Positions 11,143-21,970 of a DNA stretch of 64,000 nucleotides are shown in pieces (the first letter of the stretch is position 1; the number at the start of each line of letters is the position of its first letter). Origin of the DNA: an uncultured Bacteroides sp. (GTDB lineage Bacteria; Bacteroidota; Bacteroidia; Bacteroidales; GCA-2748055); assembly GCA_964604655.1 (NCBI GenBank), contig CAZRZY010000009.1:47-64046 (forward strand). Reading direction: 5' to 3'. The translations under genes were made by a program, and so were the position numbers. The notes under the pieces are model-generated. The model did no database searches, was not told where the DNA came from, and saw nothing but the letters and a program-made list of their open reading frames with translations.

Positions 11143-12483
11143 ATGAAACGATTTATAGAGACCATTAAGAATATCTGGAAGATCGAGGACCTGCGTGCCA
11201 GAATCCTCTACACCCTGGGTATCATCCTGATCTACCGCCTGGGAACGCACATCGTCCTGCCCGGTATCGATCCGGTGATCATCTCCGGTCTGGCCAATCG
11301 CCAGCAGGGAGGGACAGGCATCCTCGATCTGCTCAACCTCTTTACGGGGGGTGCCTTTGCAAGGGCCTCCATTTTCGGGCTGGGGATCATGCCCTACATT
11401 TCCGCCTCCATTGTGGTGCAGCTCCTTGGGATTGCCGTACCTTACTTCCAGCGCCTGCAGCGGGAAGGGGAAAGCGGAAGGAGAAAGATCAACCAGATCA
11501 CCCGTTATCTGACGTTGGGTATCCTGATCCCCCAGGGGCTCAGCTATATCACCAGCCTGCGTTACCAGCTGCCCGCCGAAGCGTTCTCAGAAAACTTTTC
11601 GAGGATGGCAGCAATGGTCATCCTCACGGCCGGGACCATGTTCATCATGTGGCTGGGAGAGCGCATCACCGATAAGGGCATCGGGAACGGGATATCGCTG
11701 ATCATTATGATCGGGATCATCGCCCGCCTGCCTCAGTCCCTCGGGATCGAGTTTATGTCCAGGCTCGAACAGCAGGGCGGAGGTCTGGTGGCTTTCCTGG
11801 TGGAGATCCTTATTCTGTTCGTCGTCTTCATGGGGACCATCCTGCTGGTGCAGGGGACCCGGAGGATACCGGTACAGTACGCCAAACGGATCGTGGGGAA
11901 CAAGCAGTACGGCGGAGTCCGCCAGTACATTCCCCTGAAGGTAAATGCAGCAGGGGTGATGCCGATCATCTTCGCACAGGCATTCATGTTTATCCCCATC
12001 ACTGTGGCCGGTTTTGCCAGGGCTGAGGCAGCTTCCGGGTTTGCCGCCGTCTTTTCCAACCCGGTGGGATTCTGGTACAATTTCACCAGTGCCACACTGA
12101 TCGTACTGTTTACCTATTTCTATACAGCCATCACCGTGAATCCCACGCAGATGGCCGAGGATATGAAAAAGAACGGCGGATTCATCCCCGGGGTGAAACC
12201 GGGAAGAAAAACCGCCGAGTTCCTGGATACGGTGATGTCCAGGATAACCCTGCCCGGATCGATTTTCCTGGCATTTGTGGCCATCATGCCGGCATTTGCC
12301 ATGATGGCGGGTGTGAACCAGAGCTTTGCGCAGTTTTTTGGAGGCACCTCCCTGCTGATCATGGTAGGGGTGATCCTCGATACTCTGCAGCAGATCGAAA
12401 GTCACCTGCTGATGCGCCACTACGACGGGCTGACCAAGTCGGGCCGGATCAAGGGCCGGGCAGGTAGTGCGGCAGCCATTTAG
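11143..12483 (+). CDS. secY: Preprotein translocase subunit SecY
   Basis: 446-aa polytopic membrane ORF with SecY sequence. Conserved position after rplO. Confidence 0.97.
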   Translation: MKRFIETIKNIWKIEDLRARILYTLGIILIYRLGTHIVLPGIDPVIISGLANRQQGGTGILDLLNLFTGGAFARASIFGLGIMPYISASIVVQLLGIAVPYFQRLQREGESGRRKINQITRYLTLGILIPQGLSYITSLRYQLPAEAFSENFSRMAAMVILTAGTMFIMWLGERITDKGIGNGISLIIMIGIIARLPQSLGIEFMSRLEQQGGGLVAFLVEILILFVVFMGTILLVQGTRRIPVQYAKRIVGNKQYGGVRQYIPLKVNAAGVMPIIFAQAFMFIPITVAGFARAEAASGFAAVFSNPVGFWYNFTSATLIVLFTYFYTAITVNPTQMAEDMKKNGGFIPGVKPGRKTAEFLDTVMSRITLPGSIFLAFVAIMPAFAMMAGVNQSFAQFFGGTSLLIMVGVILDTLQQIESHLLMRHYDGLTKSGRIKGRAGSAAAI

Positions 12484-12503
12484 GGCTGCAAAAAGAGCGT
12501 TCT

Positions 12504-13289
12504 TTGATGATCGTTATTAAGACAGCGGAGGAGATTGAATTAATCAGGCAGTGCAACTTGCTTGTTTCCAGGACTTTGGCTGAGTTGGCCAGGTGGATTG
12601 GACCGGGTGTGACCACCGAAAAGCTCGACCAGGTGGCGGAGACCTTTATCCGCGACCACGGGGCTGTTCCGGGTTTCCTCGGATTCCAGGGATATCCCAA
12701 GACCCTCTGTACATCGGTCAATTCGGAGGTGGTCCACGGTATCCCTTCTCCTAAGGTAGTCCTCAGTGAGGGAGATATGGTTTCGGTCGATTGCGGGGTG
12801 AAGATGAAGGGATATTACGGCGATACGGCATACAGCTTTGAGGTGGGAGAGGTAAGTGAAGAGGTAGGAAAGCTGATGAGGGTGACCCGCGAAAGTCTCT
12901 ATAAGGGCATTGAGCAGGCCGTGGATGGGAAACGTACCGGCGATATTGGCCATGCAGTTCAGCAGCACGCCGAATCAAATGGTTTCAGCGTGGTCAGAGA
13001 GATGGTGGGACACGGACTGGGTAAGCAGATGCACGAACCTCCGGAAGTGCCCAATTACGGAAGAAGGGGAACAGGACCGAAGCTGAAGAAGGGAATGGTC
13101 CTCTGCATTGAGCCAATGATCAACATGGGAAGAAGGACCATCAGACAGGAGCCGGACGGATGGACCATCCGGGCCGCCGACCAGAAACCGTCGGCTCATT
13201 ATGAGCTGGCAGTGGCCATTGACAGGGATCACGCGGATATCCTGTCCACCTTCTCCTTTATTGAAGAAGAATTAAGAAAAAGAGCATAG
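12504..13289 (+). CDS. map: Type I methionine aminopeptidase
   Basis: 261-aa ORF with MetAP motifs (VVHGIP, DCG..GYYGD, GHG.G, EP). Conserved position. Confidence 0.95.
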   Translation: MMIVIKTAEEIELIRQCNLLVSRTLAELARWIGPGVTTEKLDQVAETFIRDHGAVPGFLGFQGYPKTLCTSVNSEVVHGIPSPKVVLSEGDMVSVDCGVKMKGYYGDTAYSFEVGEVSEEVGKLMRVTRESLYKGIEQAVDGKRTGDIGHAVQQHAESNGFSVVREMVGHGLGKQMHEPPEVPNYGRRGTGPKLKKGMVLCIEPMINMGRRTIRQEPDGWTIRAADQKPSAHYELAVAIDRDHADILSTFSFIEEELRKRA

Positions 13290-13292
13290 TTT

Positions 13293-13511
13293 ATGGCAAA
13301 ACAGTCTTCAATTGAACAGGACGGAGTCATTACGGAAGCATTATCCAATGCCATGTTCCGGGTTGAACTGGAAAACGGGCATGTGATCACTGCCCACATC
13401 TCGGGAAAGATGCGGATGCATTACATCAAACTGCTTCCAGGTGACCGGGTAAAGGTGGAGATGTCACCTTATGACCTGACCAAGGGAAGGATCTCCTTCC
13501 GCTACAAATAG
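13293..13511 (+). CDS. infA: Translation initiation factor IF-1
   Basis: 72-aa ORF with the S1-like IF-1 sequence ([30 protein letters not shown]). Confidence 0.98.
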   Translation: MAKQSSIEQDGVITEALSNAMFRVELENGHVITAHISGKMRMHYIKLLPGDRVKVEMSPYDLTKGRISFRYK

Positions 13512-13523
13512 CGGAGGAAGAGG

Positions 13524-13602
13524 CATAATAGTCTGTAAAGTCCATAATAGTCTGTAGAGTCTGTAAAGTCTGTAAAGTTGTAAAGTCTGTAAAGTTGTAA
13601 AG
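13524..13602 (+). repeat. Array of about 9 units of 8-10 nt (tctgtaaag / ttgtaaag / cataatag) between infA and rpmJ
   Basis: Read directly. Ends 2 nt before the rpmJ ATG. Confidence 0.93.
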
Positions 13603-13604
13603 AA

Positions 13605-13721
13605 ATGAAGATAAGAGCATCTGTTAAAAAGCGCAGTTCCGGCTGTAAGATTGTCAGGAGGAAAGGACGCTTATTCGTCATTAACAAGAAGAACCCCAAA
13701 TTCAAACAGCGCCAGGGTTAA
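13605..13721 (+). CDS. rpmJ: 50S ribosomal protein L36 (38 aa), not in the ORF track
   Basis: Hand translation gives [38 protein letters not shown]. This is a canonical L36 sequence in the canonical position between infA and rpsM. Confidence 0.95.
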   Translation: MKIRASVKKRSSGCKIVRRKGRLFVINKKNPKFKQRQG

Positions 13722-13762
13722 ACCGGCTGCCGGGGAAAAGAAATTTAAAAAAAGTACGCATT

Positions 13763-14140
13763 ATGGCTAGAATAGTTGGTGTGGACCTGCCCAGGAATAA
13801 AAGGGGCGAAGTGAGTCTGACTTACATCTACGGGATCGGACGCAGTTCCGCCCAGAGGATCCTTGACAATGCAGGTGTTGACCGCCAGATCAAGGTGAAA
13901 GACTGGAACGATGACCAGATTGCCGCCATCCGGAAAGAGGTGAATGAAAACTACAAGGTGGAGGGTGAACTGAGGTCGTCGGTACAGCTGAACATCAAGC
14001 GCCTGATGGATATCGGCTCCTACCGGGGCATCCGGCACCGGATCGGTCTTCCCGTAAGAGGGCAGAGTACCAAGAACAATGCACGTACCAGGAAAGGCCG
14101 GCGTAAAACCGTGGCAAATAAGAAGAAAGCAACTAAATAA
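13763..14140 (+). CDS. rpsM: 30S ribosomal protein S13
   Basis: 125-aa ORF starting [10 protein letters not shown], which is S13. Confidence 0.98.
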   Translation: MARIVGVDLPRNKRGEVSLTYIYGIGRSSAQRILDNAGVDRQIKVKDWNDDQIAAIRKEVNENYKVEGELRSSVQLNIKRLMDIGSYRGIRHRIGLPVRGQSTKNNARTRKGRRKTVANKKKATK

Positions 14141-14152
14141 GCATCACAGCTA

Positions 14153-14542
14153 ATGGCTAAGAAGACAGGTTCGTCCAAAAAGAAAACCGTGAAGGTAGAG
14201 CCAACGGGCCAGGCACATATTCATGCCTCCTTCAACAATATCATTATCTCCCTGACCAATAATCAAGGTCAGGTGATTTCCTGGGCTTCATCGGGAAAGA
14301 TGGGCTTCAGGGGTTCCAAGAAGAATACACCTTACGCTGCGCAGATGGCGGCACAGGATTGTGCAAAGGTAGCCTATGACCTGGGCCTGAGAAAGGTAAA
14401 GGTGTTTGTGAAAGGACCGGGATCGGGCAGGGAATCGGCTATCCGGAATATCCATGCATCGGGCATCGAGGTGACCGAGATCGTGGATGTAACCCCTCTG
14501 CCACACAACGGATGCCGTCCGGCCAAGAGGCGCAGGGTATAA
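14153..14542 (+). CDS. rpsK: 30S ribosomal protein S11
   Basis: 129-aa ORF with an S11-like sequence ([15 protein letters not shown]). Confidence 0.98.
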   Translation: MAKKTGSSKKKTVKVEPTGQAHIHASFNNIIISLTNNQGQVISWASSGKMGFRGSKKNTPYAAQMAAQDCAKVAYDLGLRKVKVFVKGPGSGRESAIRNIHASGIEVTEIVDVTPLPHNGCRPAKRRRV

Positions 14543-14603
14543 TTCGCCGGTTCTTTCAACCCACAGGCAGGCAAATGGAGTAAACCATAAATTATAGAAA
14601 TAA

Positions 14604-15212
14604 ATGGCAAGATACAGAGGTCCAAGAACCAAAATTGCTCGTAAATTTTCAGACCCCATATTCGGGACGGATAAGTCCTTCGAAAAGAAGAACTATCCCC
14701 CGGGGATGCATGGGAATAATAAGCGTAGACGCAAAGCTTCAGAATATGGTATACAGTTGAAAGAGAAGCAGAAGGCCAAGTATACATACGGAGTGCTGGA
14801 AAAGCAGTTCAGGAATATGTTCGACAAAGCTTCCAGGAGCAAGGGAGTGACCGGGGAAGTACTCCTCCAGTTACTGGAATCGAGACTTGACAATGTGGTT
14901 TACAGAATGGGGCTTTCGCCCACCCGCGCCGGTGCTCGCCAGCTGGTGACCCACCGGCACATCACCGTGAACGGCGATTTAGTCAATATTCCTTCCTACA
15001 CCCTTAAGTCCGGGGATATCGTGGCAGTCAGAGAGCGGTCGAAATCGCTGGAAGTGATCACTGATTCGCTTTCCACCGCCAGGTACGGTTCCTCTTCATG
15101 GCTTGAGTTTGATGAGGCTACCATGACCGGGAAATTCCTCAACCGTCCGGAGCGCGAGGAGATCCCCGAGAATATCAAGGAGCAGCTCATCGTTGAACTA
15201 TATTCGAAATAA
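14604..15212 (+). CDS. rpsD: 30S ribosomal protein S4
   Basis: 202-aa ORF starting MARYRGPR, with an S4 domain. Confidence 0.98.
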   Translation: MARYRGPRTKIARKFSDPIFGTDKSFEKKNYPPGMHGNNKRRRKASEYGIQLKEKQKAKYTYGVLEKQFRNMFDKASRSKGVTGEVLLQLLESRLDNVVYRMGLSPTRAGARQLVTHRHITVNGDLVNIPSYTLKSGDIVAVRERSKSLEVITDSLSTARYGSSSWLEFDEATMTGKFLNRPEREEIPENIKEQLIVELYSK

Positions 15213-15228
15213 AAATTACGTTCTTATT

Positions 15229-16221
15229 ATGGCCATTTTAGCTTTTCAAAAACCAGATAAGGTCATCATGCTCGAAGCGGATGACAGGTATGGAAAATTT
15301 GAGTTCCGCCCCCTGGAGCCTGGCTACGGTATCACTGTAGGCAATGCCCTTAGACGGATCCTGCTCTCCTCCCTGGAGGGTTTTGCCATTACCAATATCA
15401 AGATCGATGGAGTAGAGCATGAATTTTCCACCGTAACCGGAGTGATCGAGGATCTGACCGAGATCATACTGAACCTCAAGCAGGTTCGCTTCAAGAAGCA
15501 GGTTGATGATGTAAGTGATGAAAGGATCGTAGCCACCATTACCGGGCAGGAGGAGTTCAAAGCAGGAGACCTTCAGCGCTTTTTGAGCGGGTTCAAGGTG
15601 CTCAATCCCGACATGGTCATCTGTCATATGGAGCCCGACGTCAAGCTTCAGATGGAGATCTCCATCAACAAAGGCCGCGGTTATGTGCCTGCAGATGAGA
15701 ACAAGCCTGCTGAGGCAGAATTTGGAATTATCGCGGTCGATTCGATATACACCCCGGTGAAAAATGTACGATACAACATCGAGAACTACCGGGTGGAACA
15801 GAAGACCGACTATGAGAAATTGATCCTCGAGGTCGATACGGACGGATCTATTCATCCCAAGGACGCACTCAAGGAAGCTGCCAAAATCCTGATCTATCAT
15901 TTTATGCTCTTCTCCGATGAGAAGATCACCCTCGATACCGACGAGAAATTCGCCAACGAGGAGTTCGACGAGGAGGTGCTTCATATGCGCCAGCTGCTGA
16001 AAGCGAAGCTGGTGGATCTGGACCTGTCGGTCAGGGCACTGAACTGTCTCAAGGCAGCGGAAGTGGAGACCCTGGGCGACCTGGTGAAATTCAACAAGAA
16101 TGACCTGTTGAAATTCAGGAATTTCGGAAAAAAATCGCTCACCGAGCTGGAAGAACTGCTGGTGAACATGAATCTGACCTTCGGGATGGATACAGGCAAG
16201 TATAAACTGGATAAGGATTAA
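15229..16221 (+). CDS. rpoA: DNA-directed RNA polymerase subunit alpha (330 aa)
   Basis: The track ORF starts at 15193 and overlaps the rpsD end. The ATG at 15229 gives [11 protein letters not shown]..., a typical RpoA N-terminus. The alpha-CTD is present ([22 protein letters not shown]). Confidence 0.95.
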   Translation: MAILAFQKPDKVIMLEADDRYGKFEFRPLEPGYGITVGNALRRILLSSLEGFAITNIKIDGVEHEFSTVTGVIEDLTEIILNLKQVRFKKQVDDVSDERIVATITGQEEFKAGDLQRFLSGFKVLNPDMVICHMEPDVKLQMEISINKGRGYVPADENKPAEAEFGIIAVDSIYTPVKNVRYNIENYRVEQKTDYEKLILEVDTDGSIHPKDALKEAAKILIYHFMLFSDEKITLDTDEKFANEEFDEEVLHMRQLLKAKLVDLDLSVRALNCLKAAEVETLGDLVKFNKNDLLKFRNFGKKSLTELEELLVNMNLTFGMDTGKYKLDKD

Positions 16222-16227
16222 GGAATA

Positions 16228-16932
16228 ATGAGACATAAGAAGAGTTTTAACCATCTGAGCAGGAAGACCGGACACCGAAAGGCGATGCTGGCCAATATGG
16301 CCTCCTCTTTGATCCTCCACAAAAGGATTGAAACCACCACGGCCAAGGCGAAGGCGCTTAAACGATATATCGAACCGCTGATCACCCGCTCCAGGGAGGA
16401 TTCGACCCATTCCCGCCGGGTAGTCTTCAGCTACCTGCAGGATAAGGAGGCGGTGACCGAGCTCTTTCGCGAGGTTTCGGTCAAAGTGGGTGACCGTCCC
16501 GGAGGATATACCCGGATCATTCGTCTGGGTAACCGGCTGGGAGACAATGCCGACATGTGTCTGATCGAGCTGGTGGATTACAATGAGAACCTGCTGGCTG
16601 AAAAGACCGCCGCCCAGAAGTCCACCTCACGTCGCCGCAGGGGCAGGAAGAAGATCTCCGGTGATGCACCGAAGACAGCCCCTGCTGAAGCCAAAGAGCA
16701 GTCCAAAGCCCAGGAGGCCGCTGATGCTGAGGTACCTCCAGTAGTGGATGAAAAGAAAGAGGAGAGCGGAGAAAATGCGGAGGAGGAGAAGCCCAGTGAC
16801 CGAGAAGCTGATGAGGAGAAGCCCGGTGACCGAGAAGCTGATGAGGAGAAGCCCGGTGACCGAGAAGCTGATGAGGAAAAGCCCGGTGACCGAGAAGCTG
16901 ATGAGGAAAAGGAAAGCGATAAAGAAAAGTAA
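16228..16932 (+). CDS. rplQ: 50S ribosomal protein L17 with a ~110-aa low-complexity acidic C-terminal extension
   Basis: The N-terminal ~120 aa are L17 ([24 protein letters not shown]). The tail is K/E/A/D-rich and ends with 4 x ([10 protein letters not shown]). Confidence 0.95.
   Translation: MRHKKSFNHLSRKTGHRKAMLANMASSLILHKRIETTTAKAKALKRYIEPLITRSREDSTHSRRVVFSYLQDKEAVTELFREVSVKVGDRPGGYTRIIRLGNRLGDNADMCLIELVDYNENLLAEKTAAQKSTSRRRRGRKKISGDAPKTAPAEAKEQSKAQEAADAEVPPVVDEKKEESGENAEEEKPSDREADEEKPGDREADEEKPGDREADEEKPGDREADEEKESDKEK
16783..16902 (+). repeat. 4 x 30-bp in-frame tandem repeat inside the rplQ tail
   Basis: Unit gaggagaagccc[a/g]gtgaccgagaagctgat repeated four times, read directly. Confidence 0.95.
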
Positions 16933-16987
16933 TACAGTACGCTAAAGGTTTACAAAAGCTTAACGTGATATTTTACTCTATACACCA

Positions 16988-17024
16988 GGGGATGAAGTAG
17001 ATTTAATACTTGATCCCTTTTTTT
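16988..17024 (+). terminator. Rho-independent terminator after rplQ
   Basis: Stem GGGATGAAGTA / TACTTGATCCC with one mismatch, followed by T7. Confidence 0.7.
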
Positions 17025-17043
17025 ATTTCAATCAGTTTAATAA

Positions 17044-18339
<1,296 letters not shown>

Positions 18340-18340
18340 T

Positions 18341-18416
18341 CCCGGCCTGTGGAGCGGTTCCCGGCCTGTGGAGCGGTTCCCGGCCTGTGGAGCGGTTCCC
18401 GGCCTGTGGAGCGGCT
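18341..18416. repeat. 4 x 19-bp tandem repeat (cccggcctgtggagcggtt) starting 1 nt after the eno stop
   Basis: Read directly. The last copy has one substitution. Confidence 0.95.
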
Positions 18417-18446
18417 CCCTGCCTTATTCGGGTTTCTGAACAATTC

Positions 18447-18476
18447 AGGGGTGTCTGGAGACGCCTCTGTTTTTTT
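18447..18476 (+). terminator. Rho-independent terminator of eno
   Basis: Stem aggggtgtc / gacgcctct (includes G-U pairs), loop tgga, then gTTTTTTT. Confidence 0.6.
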
Positions 18477-18489
18477 CTGCCAGGTCACT

Positions 18490-18546
18490 CCGGGGCAAAC
18501 CTTCGTTTCCGGGGCAAACCTTCGTTTCCGGGGCAAACCTTCGTTT
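18490..18546. repeat. 3 x 19-bp tandem repeat (ccggggcaaaccttcgttt)
   Basis: Read directly. Confidence 0.95.
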
Positions 18547-18579
18547 GGGTGAGGGTATCCATCCGTTCAATAATAGATG

Positions 18580-18612
18580 ATAGTATAATTTGATAGTATA
18601 TTATGATACTAT
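18580..18612. promoter_or_regulatory. Three near-palindromic ATA(G/C)TAT boxes at 13-bp phasing (starts 18580, 18593, 18606); function unknown
   Basis: Read directly. A mirror-like copy lies at 53446-53478. About 170 nt upstream of gltA. Confidence 0.5.
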
Positions 18613-18778
18613 CAGACGGATATGGCAGGAAACAATCCTGTGCTTCCTGATTTAATGCCCCTGACGAGTCCAAAGAGTCATTAACGGAGACTTACAAGTT
18701 GAAAAATCTCTGCAGAAATGTTATCTTAGGAGCCCCGAGGTGCCCCTAGTTTTTTCACCCAAAGTAAACCTAATACCC

Positions 18779-20134
18779 ATGTCCATACTAAAAGAACGAC
18801 TTCAACAGAAGATCGAAGAGTGGAGACCAAGAACCCGTAAACTTGTAAAAGACTACTGCGATGTGGTAGTCGACCAGGTAACCATAGCGCAAGTTATCGG
18901 AGGTATGCGGGGTCTGAAAAGCCTGGTCACCGATATTTCTTATCTGGACCCTCAGGAAGGGATTCGATACCGGGGGTACACCTTGCCGGAGGTGTTTGAG
19001 AAACTGCCCAGACAGCAGGGTGCGGAAATGCCTTATGTGGAAGGACTTTATTTTCTGCTGCTCACCGGTGATGTGCCTACCGAGAATGAGGTAGCCGACC
19101 TGGTGGACGAGTTCCGGAAACGGCGTATCCTGCCTCGTTATGTGTATGAGGTGATCGATGCCTTTCCCACCTTCTCTCCCCCCATGGCGATCTTCTCTGC
19201 AGCCATTCTTACCATGCAGCGTGAATCGTTCTTCGCCAAGAAATACCAGGGAGGGATCAGTAAAAGCGATTACTGGGATCCCACATATGAGGACTCGCTC
19301 AATCTTCTTGCCAAGCTTCCCGAGGTGGCTTCCTATATCTATGCCAAGCTCTACCGGGATGGCAAACGGATCCAGTCCAATCCCAACCTGGACATGGGTG
19401 CCAACTTTGCTCACATGATGGGCATCCCCAAGCCATATGATGATGTATCAAGGCTCAATTTCATCATTCATGCCGACCATGAGAGCGGAAATGTCAGCGC
19501 CCATACGGGTCATCTCGTGGCCAGCTCCCTGTCGGATATCTATCTTTCCATATCTGCCATGATCAACGGACTGGCCGGACCGCTGCACGGCCTGGCCAAT
19601 CAGGAGGTGCTCAGGTGGTTGCAGGATCTGGTGGAAAAAATGAACGGCCAGATTCCCACCGAAGAGGAGATGAAGCAGTTTGTCTGGGATACGCTCAATT
19701 CGGGCCAGGTAATCCCTGGATATGGTCATGCGGTACTCCGTAAGACCGATCCAAGGTACACCGTACAGCGTGAATTCTGCATGACCCATATGAAGGACGA
19801 TCTACTGTTCCAGTATACCGATATGCTCTACCGGGTGGTTCCGCCGATTCTCCAGGAGCAGGGTAAAGCCAAGAACCCCTGGCCCAACGTGGATGCCCAG
19901 TCAGGAATCATCCACTGGCACTACGGGATTACCGAGTACGAATTCTATACCGTACTGTTTGGTATCGGAAGGGCCATCGGTATCACTGCCAACATCATCT
20001 GGGACCGGGCACTGGGTTATTCGTTGGAGCGTCCCAAATCGGTGACGACGGAGATGCTGGAGAAGATCGCCATGAAAGCGCGGGAAAATAGCAAGTCCAA
20101 CGGAACCGGCGACTGCAAGCAGATCACCAACTGA
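18779..20134 (+). CDS. gltA: Citrate synthase (451 aa)
   Basis: Citrate synthase sequence (GYGHAVLRKTDPRY, HADHE). The track ORF starts at a GTG at 18740. The first ATG (18779, MSILKERL...) is preferred. Confidence 0.93.
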   Translation: MSILKERLQQKIEEWRPRTRKLVKDYCDVVVDQVTIAQVIGGMRGLKSLVTDISYLDPQEGIRYRGYTLPEVFEKLPRQQGAEMPYVEGLYFLLLTGDVPTENEVADLVDEFRKRRILPRYVYEVIDAFPTFSPPMAIFSAAILTMQRESFFAKKYQGGISKSDYWDPTYEDSLNLLAKLPEVASYIYAKLYRDGKRIQSNPNLDMGANFAHMMGIPKPYDDVSRLNFIIHADHESGNVSAHTGHLVASSLSDIYLSISAMINGLAGPLHGLANQEVLRWLQDLVEKMNGQIPTEEEMKQFVWDTLNSGQVIPGYGHAVLRKTDPRYTVQREFCMTHMKDDLLFQYTDMLYRVVPPILQEQGKAKNPWPNVDAQSGIIHWHYGITEYEFYTVLFGIGRAIGITANIIWDRALGYSLERPKSVTTEMLEKIAMKARENSKSNGTGDCKQITN

Positions 20135-20148
20135 AGATCACCAACTGA
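20121..20148 (+). repeat. 14-bp tandem duplication (agatcaccaactga x2) spanning the gltA stop codon
   Basis: Read directly. The TGA at 20132-20134 ends copy 1. Confidence 0.95.
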
Positions 20149-20152
20149 TTTT

Positions 20153-21847
20153 TCAGAGTAATTTCTGCATGATACTGATGAGCAATTCGGGAGCGAACGG
20201 TTTGGCAATGTAGTCATCCACTCCTGCGGCCAGGCAATTCTCCCGGTCCCCTGCCAGTGCATTGGCGGTGATGGCGATAATAGGGATGTGCTGATCGGTT
20301 TCTGACTCAATCTCCCGGATCTTCTTGGTCGCTTCAATGCCATTCATGATCGGCATCATGATATCCATCAGGATGATATCATAGGGATCCTGATTGTACT
20401 TCTCCAGCGCCTCCTTGCCATTCATGGCCACATCGATCTTTTTCACCCTCTTTTTCAGGTGTAGCATCACGATTTTCTGGTTGATTTCGTTATCCTCCAC
20501 CAGCAGAACCCTGGCATCTTTCAGCGCGGTTTTGGACTCCTTTTCCGAAACGGGGATCTCCTCTGCCTCGGTACCGGGTACCAGACGGGTGGGGTCCTTG
20601 GTAAATTCCAAAGAGAAGGAGACCGAGGCAAGTCCGCCGACAGCGGCCACAGAGAACTGACTATCACTCTCCTGGAGGAGGATATGGGCATTCACAAGGT
20701 TGGAGAATTGCTGAGTTTTTCCGCTCTTCACCGAATTGATGAAAGTGAGAAGATCGGGTCCCAGATCCGTTTCGATCCTGAATTTAAAATCCAGCTTCAC
20801 TTTTCCCGGATTCTCATAGAGCACATCCATGGTAAGTTCGGCCGGTTTCCTGATCCGCCTGTACAGACTCAGCCCTTTAACGATCTGCACGATCAGACTG
20901 CGCAGCAGGCTCGGATCGCCGATCAGGTAATTTCGCAAACGTTCGGTCTGTCGAATGGTCAATTCATTGGGTGGCTCCTCATCCGAATTCAGGATACCGG
21001 AGGCCTCTTCCAGCACTTTGTTCAGGTCAAACGGAGTGATGCTTTTATGGTATTCGACGGCTCCCGGACTGGCGATCTCCACAATATGGTTCACATCTTC
21101 GATCAGATGATTCGTAGTCGCCTTCAGGGTCTCCATCAGCACTTTTTGCTCCGAGGTAAGCCGGCTGTCATGCACCAGGGTATCGATCAGTGTCAGGTTA
21201 CTCAGCGAAGTGCGTAATTTATGGGAGAGCTTGGAAATGAATTCATCTTTATGAAGCATCTCCGATTCGACTTTTCGCCGGTTGTTCTTAAGGGTCTGAA
21301 GCAGCTGGCGGTTGGAGCGCTCCACGAAAAGGGCGACCCCGATGACGATGGCATAGATGGAGTAGAAGATCAGGCTGTTATAGAAGTCAAGCTGCACTGT
21401 CTGATCCAATCCTGTCAGATTGGCCAGCAGCGTGATTACTCCCAGGCCCACAGCCACCCATATCCCATGGCGGCCGTTTACGCTGACGCAGGCCAGGGGA
21501 AACAGCAGGTGCAGAGCCATCACAAGCGTGGAGGAGACTCCCAGATCGAAAAGATATCCGTTCAGGAAGAGCAGCCCGGTGAGCACCAGGGCCAGCAAAC
21601 TGCTCAGGTTGGTCTTCTTTCCCACCGGGATCAGAAAATAGAAAGCCAGGGTGAGCAGCAGCGCCACACTATCCACCACCAACAGATGGACAATACCTCC
21701 CAGAACCGACCATATCGTCGATATGGCAAGCATGACGGCGAGGATGAAGTAGAACAGGTTAATCCGGCGGATACGGTTCACTTCTGCCTGGTCCATATGT
21801 CCCTCGACACCATGCGAAAACAATGGTTTCAGAAATGATGAAAACAT
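20153..21847 (-). CDS. Hybrid sensor histidine kinase / response regulator (multi-TM N-terminus, HisKA, degenerate HATPase, C-terminal receiver)
   Basis: H-box FISKLSHKLRTSL. The receiver has VLLVEDNEINQ, DIILMDIMMP and AKPF. The ATP-lid motifs look degenerate (see findings). Confidence 0.85.
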   Translation of the reverse strand: MFSSFLKPLFSHGVEGHMDQAEVNRIRRINLFYFILAVMLAISTIWSVLGGIVHLLVVDSVALLLTLAFYFLIPVGKKTNLSSLLALVLTGLLFLNGYLFDLGVSSTLVMALHLLFPLACVSVNGRHGIWVAVGLGVITLLANLTGLDQTVQLDFYNSLIFYSIYAIVIGVALFVERSNRQLLQTLKNNRRKVESEMLHKDEFISKLSHKLRTSLSNLTLIDTLVHDSRLTSEQKVLMETLKATTNHLIEDVNHIVEIASPGAVEYHKSITPFDLNKVLEEASGILNSDEEPPNELTIRQTERLRNYLIGDPSLLRSLIVQIVKGLSLYRRIRKPAELTMDVLYENPGKVKLDFKFRIETDLGPDLLTFINSVKSGKTQQFSNLVNAHILLQESDSQFSVAAVGGLASVSFSLEFTKDPTRLVPGTEAEEIPVSEKESKTALKDARVLLVEDNEINQKIVMLHLKKRVKKIDVAMNGKEALEKYNQDPYDIILMDIMMPIMNGIEATKKIREIESETDQHIPIIAITANALAGDRENCLAAGVDDYIAKPFAPELLISIMQKLL

Positions 21848-21970
21848 GGGTTGTTCTTCTGGCTTTCGTGAACAAAGTAAGCCAAATTTTTATTTACGAT
21901 TAATAGATATTGGCGTTATTTTTGTATTTAGAAAAGTACTTCGTATTTTAAGACAAGAGAAGGAGGAACT

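Noticed and set aside
15238-16410. 390-aa ORF on the minus strand
   Set aside because: Antisense to rpoA and the start of rplQ, both unmistakable. Shadow ORF.
18349-18673. Several 62-71-aa ORFs on both strands in the eno-gltA spacer
   Set aside because: They are translations of the 19-bp tandem repeats (periodic peptide sequences) and of the terminator region. There is no start context and no coding signal.
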